A stretch of DNA of 64,000 nucleotides from Squalus acanthias (Eukaryota): NCBI GenBank assembly GCA_030390025.1, contig CM059432.1:118608001-118672000 (forward strand), written 5' to 3'. The notes under the pieces are model-generated. The model did not search any database, was not told where the DNA came from, and was given only the letters and a program-made list of their open reading frames with translations. Position numbers and translations under genes: made by a program. Positions 49,833 through 61,654 of the stretch are shown piece by piece; the first letter of the stretch is position 1; every line of letters starts with the position of its first letter.

Positions 49833-51254
49833 ATTTTTTTTAAATTAGTTTATGGAATGTGGGCGTCGCTGGCAATGCCAGCATTTATTGCCCATCCCTA
49901 ATTGCCCTTGAGAAGGTGGTGGTGAGCTGCCTTCTTGAACCGCTGCAGTCCGTGTGGTGAAGGTACTCCCACAGTGCTGTTAGGGAGGGAGTTCCAGGAT
50001 TTTGACCGAGCGACGATGAAGGATTGGCGATATACTTCCAAGTCAGAATGGTGTGTGACTTGGAGGGGAACTTGGAGGTGGTGGTCTTCCCATGCGCCTG
50101 CTGCCCTTGTCCTTCTAGGTGGAAGAGGACGCGGGTTTGGGAGGTGCTGCTGAAGAAACCTTGGCGAGTTGCTGCAGTGCATCTTGTAGATGGTACACAC
50201 TGCAGCCACGGTACGCCGGTGATGGAGGGAGTGACTGTTTAAGATGGTAGATGGGGTGCCAATTAAGTGGGCTGCTTTGTCCTGGATGTTGTCGAGCTTC
50301 TTGAGTGTTGTTGGAGCTGCACTCATTCAGGCCATTGGAGAGTATTCCATCACACTACTTACTTGTGCCTTGTAGATGGTAGAAAGGCTTTGGGGAGGCA
50401 GGAGGTGAGACACTCACCGCAGAATACCTAGCCTCTGATACGCTCTTGTTGCCACAGTATTTATGTGGCTGGTCCAGTTAAGTTTCTGGTCAATGGTGAC
50501 CCCCAGGATGTTGATGGTGGGGGATTCAATGATGGTAATGCAATTGAATGTCAAGGGGCGGTGGTTAGACTCTCGCTTGTTGGAGATAGTCATTGCCTGG
50601 CACTTCTGTGGCGCGAATGTAACCTGCCACTTATCAGCCCAAGCCTGAACGTCATCCAGGTCTTGTTGCATGCGGGCATGGACTGCTTCATTATCTGAGG
50701 AGTTGCGAATGGCACTGAACACTGTGCAGTCATCAGCGAACATCCCCATTTCTGACCTTATGTTGGAGGGAAGGTCATTGATGAAGCAGCTGAAGATGGT
50801 TGGGCCTAGGACACTGCCCTGAGGAACTCCTGCAGCGATGTCCTGGGGCTGTGATGTTTGACCTTCAATCACCACAACCATCTTCCTTTGTGCTAGGTAT
50901 GACTCCAGCCAGTGGAGAGTTTTCCCCCCGATCCCCATTGACTTCAGTTTTACAAGGGCTCCTTCATGCCACACTCAGTCAAATGCTGCCTTGATGTCAA
51001 GGGCAGTCACTTTCACCTCACCTCTGGAATTCAGCTCCTTTGTCCATGTTTGGACCAAGGCTGTAATGAGGTCGGGAGCCGAGTGGTCTTGGGGAACCCA
51101 AACTGGGCATCAGTGAGCAGGTTATTGGTGAGTAAGTGCCGCTTGATAGCACTGTCAATGACATCTTCCATCACTTTGCTGATGATTGAGAGTAGACTGA
51201 TGGGGCAGTAATTGGCCGGACTGGATTTGTCCTGCTTTTTGTGGACAGGACATA
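49833..51254 (-). mobile_element. 5'-truncated LINE of a second family (CR1/L2 group), RT and 3' end
   Basis: [38 protein letters not shown]. The C-terminus differs from the main CR1 copies and matches 16364-16552. Confidence 0.9.
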
Positions 51255-51898
51255 TTTACAACAATCACTAATATATTTCAATCCAGGAACAAACAAGAAT
51301 GCACAGACTTACCCACATAATTGAGGGGTATAGCTTTCTCCTTCAGCCTGCTTCACAGACATTTCTTACACATAGAGCAAGCAAATTCCTACCTAAAATC
51401 TGCTTTGTACCCCTCTGCTCCATCTCTGCAGGGGTCTCTACAACTAGAAGAAAGGGATTACCATACTGTCCCCCTACTGCCCACTTCAGCCAGTGGAACA
51501 ATCCCTGAGCTCTGGAGTTGATGACACTGGGACACCTTATTTGCTTCAGGTGTCGGGAATGCCCAGTAAAACCAGAACAGTCTACCAGCACCTTCCCAAA
51601 TTTAGCTGGACAGATCAGCCGCACGCGCAGGAAACGGGCAGTCGCTGGCGGAGAGTTGGGCTATTTGCCCAACTACTGCCCAGCGAATTCCCACTAAACT
51701 CTTATGCCTGACAAAAGCAGGCATAGGGCCTTCTTTTAAATATTTAAATAATTTTTTTTAAATCATTTAAAAATTCAAAAAACTTTAGAGTTGGTTTAAG
51801 TTATTTTTGGCCCCTTTAAAAATGATACAATTTATTTTTCAAAAAATTACTTTTACGTTTTAAATTTTTAATTAAAGTGTATTTTTATTAATTTTAAA

Positions 51899-54800
51899 CA
51901 TAGAATCATAGAATCATTACAGCACACTAGTAGGCCATTCAGCCCACCGAGCCCGTGCCGGCTCTCTGCAAGAGCACTTCAACTAGTTCCACTCCCCTGC
52001 CCTTTCCCTGTAACCCTGCAAATGTTTTCCCTTCAGGTACTTATTCAACTCCCTTTTGAAAGCCATGATTGAACCTGCCTCCACCAGCCTTTCAGGCAGT
52101 GCATTCCAGATCATAACCACTCGCTGCGTAAAAAAGTTTTCCCTCAAGTCGCCTTTGGATCTTCTGCCAATCACCTTAAATCTGTGTCCTCTGGTTCTCA
52201 ACCCTTCCGCCAATGCGAACAGTTTCTCTCTATCTACTCTGTCTAGACCCTCATGAATTTGAACACCTCTATCAAATCTCCTCTCAATCTTCTCTGCTCT
52301 AAGGAGAACAACCCCAGCTTCTCCAGTCTAGCCACGCAACTGAAGTCCTTCATCCATGGAACCGTTCTTGTAAATCTTTTCTGCATCCTCTCTAAAGCCT
52401 TCACATCCTTCCTAAAGTGTGGTGCCCAGAATTGGACACAATACTCCAGTTGTGGCCGAACTAGTGCTTTATAAAGGTTCATCATAATTTCCTTGCTTTT
52501 GTACTCTATACCACTATTTATGATGCCCAGGATCCCATATGCTTTTTTAACAGATTTCTCAACCTGCCCTGCCACCTTCAATGATTTGTGCACATATACC
52601 CCCAGGTCTTTCTGTTCATGCACCCTCTTTAGAATTGTACCCTTTAGTTTATGATAGCAAAATACTGCGGATGCTGGAAATCTGAAATAACAACAGAAAA
52701 CGCTGGAAAAACTCAGCAGGCCAGGCAGCATCCGTGGAGAGAGAAAGAGAGTTAACGTTTCAGGTCGATGACCTTTCATCAGAACAGTTCTGATGAAAGG
52801 TCATCGACCTGAAACGTTAACACCCTTTAGTTTATGTTGCCTTTCCTCATTCTTCCTACCAAAATGTATCACTTCGCATTTTTCTGCGTTAAACTTCATC
52901 TGAAACATGTCTTCCCATTCCACCAGCCTGTCTATGTCCTCTTGAAGTCTATCCCTATCCTCCTCACAGTTCACTATCCTTCCAAGTTTTGTGTCATCTG
53001 CAAATTTTGAAATAGTGCCCTGTACACCTGAGTCCAAACCATTAACATAGATCAAGAAAAGCAGTGGTCCTAGTACCAACCCCTGGGGAACACCACTGTA
53101 TACCTTCCTCGAGTCCGAAAAACAACCGTTCACCACTACTCTCTGTTTCCTGTCACCTAGCCAATTTTGTATCCATGCTGCCACTGTCCCTTTTATTCCA
53201 TGGGCTTCAACTTTGTCTCCAAGCCTATTATGTGGCGCTTTATCAAATGCCTTTTGGAAATCCATGTACGCCACATCAAATGCATTGTCCTCATCAAACA
53301 TCTCTGTTACCTCATCAAAAATTTCAATCAAGTTAGTTTAACACAATTTGCCTTTAACAAATCCATGCTGGCTTTCCTTAAATAATCCACACTTGCCCAA
53401 GTGACTGTTAATTTTGTCCGGGTTATTGTTTCTAAAAGCTTCCCCACCACTGAGGTTAAGCTGACTGGCCTGTATTTGCTGGGTCTATCCTTACACCCTT
53501 TTTTTGAACAAGGGTGTAACATTTGCAATTTTCCAGTCCTCTGGCACCAGCCCTGTATCCAAGGAGGATTGGAAGATTATGGCCAGTACCTCCACAATTT
53601 CCACCTTTACTTCCCTCAGCATCCTAGGATGCATCCCATCCGGTCCTGGTGACTTATCTACTTTAAGTACAGCCAGCCTTTCTAGTACCTCGTCTTTATC
53701 AATTTTTATCCCATCCAATATCTCAACTACCTCCTCTTTCACTATGACTTTGGCAGCATCTTTTTCCTTGGTAAAGACAGATGCAAACTACTCATTAAGA
53801 ACCTCAGCCATGCCCTCTGCCTCCATGCATAGGTCTCCATTTTGGTCCCTAATCAGCCCCACCCCTCCTCTTAATACCCGTTTACTATTTATATGCCTAT
53901 AGAATACTTTTGGATTCCCTTTTATGTTAGCTGCCAATCTATTCCCATACTCCCTCTTTGCCCCTCTTATTTCCTTTTTCACTTCCTCTCTGAACTTTCT
54001 ATATTCAGCCTGGTTCTCACTTGTATTCTCAACCTGACATCTGTCATACACTCCTTTTTTCTGCTTTAACTTACTCTCTATCTCTTTCATCATCCAGAGA
54101 GCTCTGGCTTTGGTTGCCCTACCTTTCCCCCTTGTGGGAATGCACCTCGACTGTACCCGAACCATCTCCTCTTTAAAGGTTCAATTACAGTTCAATTACA
54201 GTTTTGCCTGCCAATCTTTGATTACAAATTACCCGGGCCAGGTCCATTCTCAACCCACTGAAATTGTCCCTCCTCTAATTAAGTATTTTGACTCTAGATT
54301 GCTCTTTTCCTTTTACATAGCTAACCTAAACCTTATGATACTATGATCACTGTTCCCTAAATGTTCCCCAACTTAAACTTGATCCACCTGACTCACCTCA
54401 TGCCCCAGAACCAGATCCAGCAATGCCTCCTTCTTCGTTGGGCCGGAAACACACTGATCAAGAAAGTTCTCCTGAATACACTTAGAAATTCTTCCCCCTC
54501 TGCGCCCTTCACACTATTACTATCCAAGTCTATATTAGGATAATTGAAGTCTCCCATTATCACTACTCTATAGTTCTTGCACCTCTCTGTAATTTCCCTG
54601 CCAATTTGCTCCTCTATATCCTTCCCACTAGTAGGTTGCCTATAGAATACATCTAGTAGTCTAATGGCACCTCTATTGTTTCTCAACTCTAACCAAATAG
54701 ATTCTGTCCTTGACCCCTCCAGGACATCCTCTCTCTCCAGCACTGTAATATTCTCCTTAACCAATACTGCCACCCCACCTCCTTTCTTTCCTTTCCTATC

Positions 54801-55259
54801 TTTCCTGAACACCTTATATCCAGGAATATTTAGTATCCAATCCTGTCCTTTTTTGAGCCAGGTCTCCGTTATCGCCACAACATCATATTCCCATGTGGCT
54901 ATTTGTGCCTGCAGCTCACCAACCTTATTTACCATGCTTTGTGCGTTTACACACATGCACTGTAAACCTATCTTAGACCTTCTTGTATTCTCTCTTAGTC
55001 TGACCCCACCTAATACCGTTCTATTTCTTACTCTAGTGCTATCTGTCTCTCCCCATCCTTTGTGCACCTTGTTTTTCTTTTCTAATGCTACATCCTGGTG
55101 CCCATCCCCCTGCCAAATTAGTTTAAACCCTCCCCAACAGCAATTGCAACCCACCCCCGCACAAGGATATTGGTCCCGGCTCTATTGAGGTGCAACCTGT
55201 CCGGCCTGTAAAGGTCCCACCTCCCCCAGAACTGGTCCCAATATCCCAGCAATCTAAAG
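51899..55259 (-). mobile_element. CR1 LINE (ORF1 end, ORF2, 3'UTR), same subfamily as 37955-41733, hosting a 168-bp Penelope insert
   Basis: Endonuclease ORF 54393-55154 and RT pieces 52243-53742; tail catagaatcatagaatc at ~51900. Confidence 0.95.
52654..52821. mobile_element. Mini Penelope-derived insert with inverted double hammerhead motif
   Basis: 15-bp TSD accctttagtttatg at 52639-53 and 52822-36. Perfect 35-bp inverted repeat 52751-85 / 52787-821; each arm is a hammerhead core. Confidence 0.9.
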
Positions 55260-55600
55260 CTAATCTAATCTAAACATGTGGTGATTTATTTTTAATTAGG
55301 TTGTGTGAAAGTGTGTTTTTTAAGTCATTCCTATTATGCTTATAGGGATTCCATACATAAATGGAATCCCCATAAGCATAATGGGAATCCCCTGTTTTGA
55401 TTAGTTGAACCGGCCCACATGATCCCAGGGATGCTTCCGAACCCCACGCACTCCTGGGATATGTGGGCCTTTAGGTAGGCACATGCCTGCAGGCCCAGGA
55501 CTGCAAGAGTCCGAAGATAGAGGCACCAGGTAGGTGTGTACTTTTCTTGTGGATCAGAGGCATTCGCCCGCGGGAAGCCTCCGACCGCAATTTTAGATCC
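55260..55600. mobile_element. Right half of a MITE related to 83-545 (AT-rich left part probably ~51730-51898, split by the CR1)
   Basis: Shares ggcccacrtgatcccag and the terminal ccgcgg.agcc...caattt...cc|att layout with 83-545. Left TIR not found. Confidence 0.55.
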
Positions 55601-56534
55601 ATTGTCTCAAACCGGCCAACAAAAAGGGGATCATAATGTTAGAGCCTCGATAGCTCTTTACTGCTAAACCGTAAGGAAGAGCATTCTAAATCGAGTGATG
55701 TAGACGAAATACACTTTAACAAATCAGAGGAGATCAAAAATGCCTCACATAAGCAGATGGTTGGCATTACTATATTTTAAAATGGTCCACTTTAGCCACC
55801 TACAGCAGTTAGTCCCTATGGTATTGTATTTTAATCACTAGGAAATATAAGGACGGACCAGGCTATTGCCACAGGTGAAAGTAGTATTGTTACTTTGCTA
55901 CTCAATTTCATCAAGCTGGATAGGCAATCTTATCTTAAAAGGGAAAAATGACCTTAATGAATGACTATGTCTGCAGTTCTGTAATTTTTTTTCTCATTCT
56001 GCATGTCTCAGGGGGGGAAATCTCATGGAACCAAAGCATGTTACTGTTACAGAGCTTATTGAACTGAGACCTAGATTTTCCAATCAGCATTAGGTTAATG
56101 CCAGTGGTAGCCCATTTATTTAAAAATAATGTCAATTTGGAAATCTCGTCTCATGTTAATAGACTATAGAAGACTGTTATCTATGGAAAGAAAAGCAGTC
56201 ACAATGGGCTAATACTTTAATGGAATCTACATACAGTGCTGTAGAGCCTCGCTGGCAATGTGTGTGGGAGAAAAAGTCGTGATCCTAACCTTATGTGCCC
56301 AAATTGCATTGTGCCAAATTTTCCAAGGTGTGATTTTTGGTGCCAGATGAAGTGTCCCTCTGAGCATGCACTAACCCATTTAGATACAATAGTTATGGAA
56401 ATTGGATTCCAATGCTGAATTGTTGAACTTTAGCCAAGGCTTTACAGACAGTATGCACAGCACCATATGCACCGGGTACATTGGGAATCTTGGGGTCTGG
56501 CCTGCTCAAGTGGGCTTCTAAAAAGTGACATAAT

Positions 56535-57578
56535 GGGCCATAATTTGCTTTCAAAGTAATGGTGAGGCTAATGACGCTCACCGTTATTTATGCGCAAATA
56601 GTACAGCAACTTTAGGTGAGGGACAGGTGCGCAGTTAAACTCAAATATCCAAAAGTTGCTGCCCGAGTTGCACAGCTCTGCCATTAGCTTTGCAAAAATG
56701 GCATCTTGCTGTTTGCCTCACCATTGAAATGCCGTGAAGTTGCTGAACCTGAGGTGACATGAGGGAAAAAAAATGTGCAGCGAGTTGTTATGATCTGCGA
56801 TGCACTGCCTGAAAGGATGGTGGAAGCAAATTCAATAATAACTTTCAAAAGGGAATTGGATAAATACTTGAAAGGAAGAATTTGTAGGGCAATGGGAAAA
56901 GAGCGGGGGAATGGGGCTAATGGGATAAATGTGTCAAAGAGCTGGCATAGGCACGGTGAGCTGAGTGGCCTCCTTCTGTGCTGTATCATTGAATGATTCT
57001 ACAATTCTATTTGCGCAGTAGATACAAACTAAACTCACCACAGAAAATTAAGTCTTGTCCATTTCAGTCTAAGTACCCTTTTAATGACGTGATAAGTGTT
57101 AATTACTGCCAAACAACCTCTCTGGCACTGAAAATTAACTATTAGAAGTGTGGAATCTCATTCCTTCAGGTTTTAATTGTTGTTGGAGATTTTAAAAATG
57201 TCAAATTTTAAATTCAATTATTTTTTCCTTTTCCTTTCTGTCTCTATTATCGCTCTCGTAATCCAATCTTTCTTTCTCTATCTTTATTTCTCTTGCTGTA
57301 CCTGATTTGACATTGAATTCACCCACTCTAATTTACACTTCCTTCTCAGTCCTTGTGCTGTTAATTTCTCAATCCTTCAATCTGATTGGTTAAGGAGATA
57401 CACAGTTGTTTGCCCTGTTCACTCAGGTCCCAGATGCCCGGTTTCCTTCGCTGCGATGTTATCAATTCACACTTTCAGCAACTTGCCCCGCAAAAAATTA
57501 AAAAATCTTAAACATGCAAGGGCAAGTCTAACTAATGATAGATGCCATTAGATGCCCTGCCACAGCAAATTATGGCCC
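56535..57578. mobile_element. Harbinger-type MITE, 1044 bp, containing a CR1 3' fragment (~56750-57010, +)
   Basis: Perfect 15-bp TIR gggccataatttgct / agcaaattatggccc. TSD AAT at 56532-34 and 57579-81. Nested QRVVMICDALPERMVEA plus CR1 3'UTR. Confidence 0.92.
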
Positions 57579-58292
57579 AATATTGCACAGTTGTTATCAT
57601 TTTTTTTTGCATTTGCTCCATTCATTATTTGCTTTCCAGTTGTTGGGTAGTCCATCATTTTGGATTACTTTCCCCGAGCATTACTTTGCCTCAATATTCT
57701 TGATTGACATTTAAATAGTACCATACAAGATGGTGAGGATGGGAGTCTCCTTGGTCATTTTGATAAAGCTGCACGATTCAGCTGGATAAAAGGAGTTCAT
57801 GATGTGCCAACAAATGTAGGTGCAACTATATCAGATGCATTTTGTTTTGCACGTATCCCTACCATGGGTTCACATTGATAGAAATTATCAGAGGAGATCT
57901 GTCTTTGCCACTTCCACTTCACACAACAAGGAAGCCAATCAGTAGTGTGGTGGAGCAGGCCACAAGTCCGCTGATCCACAAAAAAGATGCAGATCCAGTC
58001 CTAAACTGTGAGGATAGGGTCATGGCATAGTTGGGGCAGGCTACTGACACCTGCCCAGATCCACTCTTGAAACCACAGCCCTACCCCCTAGGTGTCCTGA
58101 GGTCCTTCCCTGGCCGATGATGGTGGTAAGTCTAAAAATTATTCGGCTCTTAAAGGAGCCAATTCCCGAGGTGAAAAAGATTACCTTTGTCTGGAAGAAA
58201 CTCTCAGCTGCTGAGAGGTCCATTAAGGCTTATAGGATGTGTAATCGGCAGAATTCCTGGGATAGCCTGAGAACTCGCCAGATATCCCCCAC

Positions 58293-59570
58293 CAAACCTT
58301 CTCCTCATTGAAGGCCTCCCATTGTTCAATTGCTGTTTTGTCTACCAATTTCTGAGTCCAATCCACCTGGCCAGATCCCTTTCCAACTCACTGAACTTAG
58401 CCCTCCTCCAGTTAAGTATTTTTATGCTTGATTGTACCTTGTCCTTTTCCATAACTATTCTAAACCTGATGAAATTATGATCACTGTTCCCAAAATGCTC
58501 GACAACTGAAACATGCTCCACTTGCCCCATTTCATTCCCCAGAACTAGAACCAACACTACTTCCTTCCTCGTTGGGCTGGAAACACACTGATCAAGAAAG
58601 TTCTCTTGTACACATTTCAGCAATTTCTGCCCCTCTTTGCCCTTTACACTGTTACTATCCCAGTCTATATTTGGGTACAAAGTAGACACATTCCCATGAG
58701 GGGGAAAGGAAGGGCATCCAAAGTTAGAGGTCCCTGGATGACTAAAGATATAGGGGGTGAAATTCCCTTAGTTTGCGCCTCCGGTGGGTGGCGCTAACGG
58801 GGCGCAAATGGCTTTTCGCCCCCCTGAGGCGATAACTATGCCTCCCTCAAAATTCCACGGGAGGTTAATGGCAGCGCTACCAGGTAGCGCCCCGATCTTC
58901 TGCGCCCGGAGATCATGACGTCATCTCCGGGCGCAGTGCCCCGGTAGAGCCTCGGGAGAAAAACTCTTCCTCGAGCCCTGCAGCAGTGCCGGGCGACGTT
59001 ACGGACTGCTGCAGGGGCCACGAACAGAGAGGCCGGGCGCTCGTGGGGCGCCATTTAAAGGCGTGGTGGCCGGCCAACATGAAAAAAATCGGCGATTTAA
59101 AAAAAAGATTCTGAGCACGTGGCACTCCCGCATCCCGGTGCTGCAGCAGATGGCAAAAAAAACAGAGCTCGCAGCGAGGAGCCTTTCCCTTTAATTGAGG
59201 GAAGAGCCCCTGCAATGCTGCAGCGCCATGCATGGCCACGCGTGGCGCTGCTGAGCCCATCGCCCCGGATTGGGACATTCCCTGCCTCTTGTGCCCCAAG
59301 AGGATTGTGGAGTGCTTGATTTAGCGCTCCACTTCCCCCTTGGAGCAAAAAATGGGAATTTCTCAAAAGTTTGAAAAGGTTAGCGTCTGGCGCTAACTTT
59401 TCAAACATTTTTGACTTAGCACCTCAAATGGCCCTCTAGGGGAATTTCTCCCCCATAGAGGTTAAAATTAGACAGAAAATAGAGGCTTAGGAGAATTGTA
59501 AGGTTCATAATACAGTAGAGAACCAAGCTGAATACAAAAAGTACAGAGGAGATCTAAAAAAGGGAACACA
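58293..59570. mobile_element. CR1 ORF2 fragment with internal inversion (58293-58671 minus; 58672-58752 and 59455-59570 plus)
   Basis: The minus part ends ...EQWEAFNEEKV and the plus part begins WVQSRHIPMRGK; these are contiguous in other copies (EQWAAFKEEMVRVQSRSIP). Confidence 0.85.
58753..59454. mobile_element. Harbinger-type MITE, 702 bp, GC/CpG-rich
   Basis: TIR gggggtgaaattccc vs gggggagaaattccc (14/15). TSD ATA at 58750-52 and 59455-57. Confidence 0.92.
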
Positions 59571-59572
59571 AT

Positions 59573-60419
59573 GGGCTGGATTTTCAATGACCCGTGGAGT
59601 CGGGTTTGGAGGTGGGGGGGGGGTGTTAAAGTTGCAGATTCGGGGGTCCCGACCCCATCCCGCCTCCAAGCCGCCTCCATGCCAGTTTCGCTGGCGGCGG
59701 GTACCCGACCTGGTCTGAGACCCGACTCCCCGAGGCGGGAAGGGATTAGTGACAATTAACTGCCTGTTAACAGGTAGTTAACAGGCAGTTTTTTTGGATA
59801 ATCCCTATTTTAAAGGGTGAAATGTGGGCTTCCCGACAGGTGGCAACCACGCCAAGTTATCGGGGCGGGCCGTGGGTCTGCAGGGGTTGGAGGGGTCGAT
59901 ATGTCCGGTGGGCAGGTGAGTGATGGGTGCATGTGTGCAGAGGTAAGTGTGTAAGGTAAGTGCTAAGTGTGGGAAAAAGTTTTACTTACCTTAACTTCCT
60001 CCTGCAGGTGTCAGCCCTTCAGTTCTCGGGAGTCAGAAATCTCACTGGCACAGAAAGCAGAAAAGCCGTGGTCCTGTCAAAACCCGCAGCCTTCTGTTTT
60101 CTGTGGTGGAATGATTTCTAACTCAGCCTGAGAGGAAGGACTGAAGTTAGAAATCATATTGTCAGTGTTTGACAGCTTCACAGAGCTGTCAAACGCTGAT
60201 ATTTCATCTGTCAAAAGCTCTTGACAGATGAAATGTCAATCTGTGACGTCACCTGTTGCCGGGTGGCCCTTAATTGGCCTGCTGAGCCCACTGGACGGGC
60301 TGAACAAGGTCAATCAAGGGAAAATACAGTGGGTTGGCCACATCTCGATGGAGGCGGGTTCACAAGCCAGAATGTGGGATTCCCGACCCCAACCCGACCT
60401 GAGTATCAAAATCCAGCCC
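59573..60419. mobile_element. Harbinger-type MITE, 847 bp, same TIR as 5512-8753
   Basis: TIR gggctggatttt / aaaatccagccc. TSD AAT at 59570-72 and 60420-22. The first ~40 bp are nearly identical to 5512-5551. Confidence 0.93.
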
Positions 60420-61290
60420 AATGTCTTAAACAGGATTTGCTGACTGAGATTTATCTTTTCATCTTTATCTTTTGTCTTTCTAACGTCAGCCCTATTTAAA
60501 TTCAGGATGTTTGATATAAAATAACGTTAATATTGACAGCACAAGTGTAAAGTTAAACAATCTAAGAAGTGGATAGTGTTTTAAGTAGAAGTCAACATGT
60601 AATATTGCTGGAGGTTGAAGCAAAACTGGGGCAGAGATGGTTCTGTTAAACAGATTATTTTCTCTTTAACTTTTCATTTGCCTCTGGACTTCTTTTACTC
60701 AGTTATCAGCACTCTTGAGAGTATTCTGCAAGTCATAGCAAAGTACTGTAGGCTCAGAAAACTGGATGGTACAGAAGTGTTACAAAACTGTCCTTTCATT
60801 TCTGGGACTTTAAATTCAACACAGAAAATCTCTTCTCGCTGATGGATGCTCAGGATCTGAAGTGAAATATATTCACATGATTTAATTCCAAATCATATTG
60901 GGTTGTAGTTCACAGCACTAAATTGCCCTCAGATTTAGCGTGGATTTGTCAATCTTACTGCGAGAGGCTTTAAGGATAATTGGTTGGGGAAATGCAAAAA
61001 AATTACAGGGGTGGAAATTTCATGGGGTTTCCACCATAGCTTCAGTGGGAGACCAGCGGAACACCCAGGAAAAGACGGACACCATGTTGCACCAGGTCCC
61101 TGTCATTTCCGGGGAATTCCTGGTTGCCATGTAAGGGAACTTCACCCACTTACACCCTAGTGAAGGTCAGTATGACTCCACTCACTCAGATTTACTAACT
61201 GTCACTAATACACCTGGTCCACTTTTTGGACCCTCAAAGTTTAAATATTTGCTCAAGAGGTCAATAGAACCGTAGCTGGGGTTGGGGAGG

Positions 61291-61357
61291 GACACATTCC
61301 CATGAGGGGAAAGGTAGGGCATCCAAAGCTAGAGCTCCCTGGATGACTAAAGATATA
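61291..61357 (+). mobile_element. Short CR1 ORF2 fragment (target of the next Harbinger element)
   Basis: gacacattcccatgagggg...ccctggatgactaaagatata, homologous to 58685-58752. Confidence 0.85.
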
Positions 61358-61654
61358 GGCTTAAAAATTGGTTTGCCACCGAAAATGGGCGCAGAGATCG
61401 CGATGCACTAGCAATCTGCGCCCATTCGGAGGACTGCAGGCAGCACGCAAACTTTGTGCTGCATGCCGATTTGCATGATTGTGGCGTTCAGCCCAATTCT
61501 GAACATGCTGCTGAGTGGCTGAAAGCTCAGCAGGAGACCCAAGTTCGTACAAGGCTAGCACCAATTAATGCTAGCCTACACTACTTACAGGCAGTCTGCA
61601 TCTCTTAAAGGGGAGGTGCATTTTGCCTGCAGATCATCATTCAACTGACTGAGG

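Noticed and set aside
51308..51392. Minus-strand exon candidate with gtaagt donor
   Set aside because: Stop codons in all three frames.
57719..57880. Stop-free stretch TIQDGEDGSLLGHFDKAARFSW...
   Set aside because: About 53 codons, weak splice signals, no family recognised.
61008..61147. Tiny MITE candidate
   Set aside because: TIR match is weak and the flanks (ACA vs ACT) are not a clean TSD.
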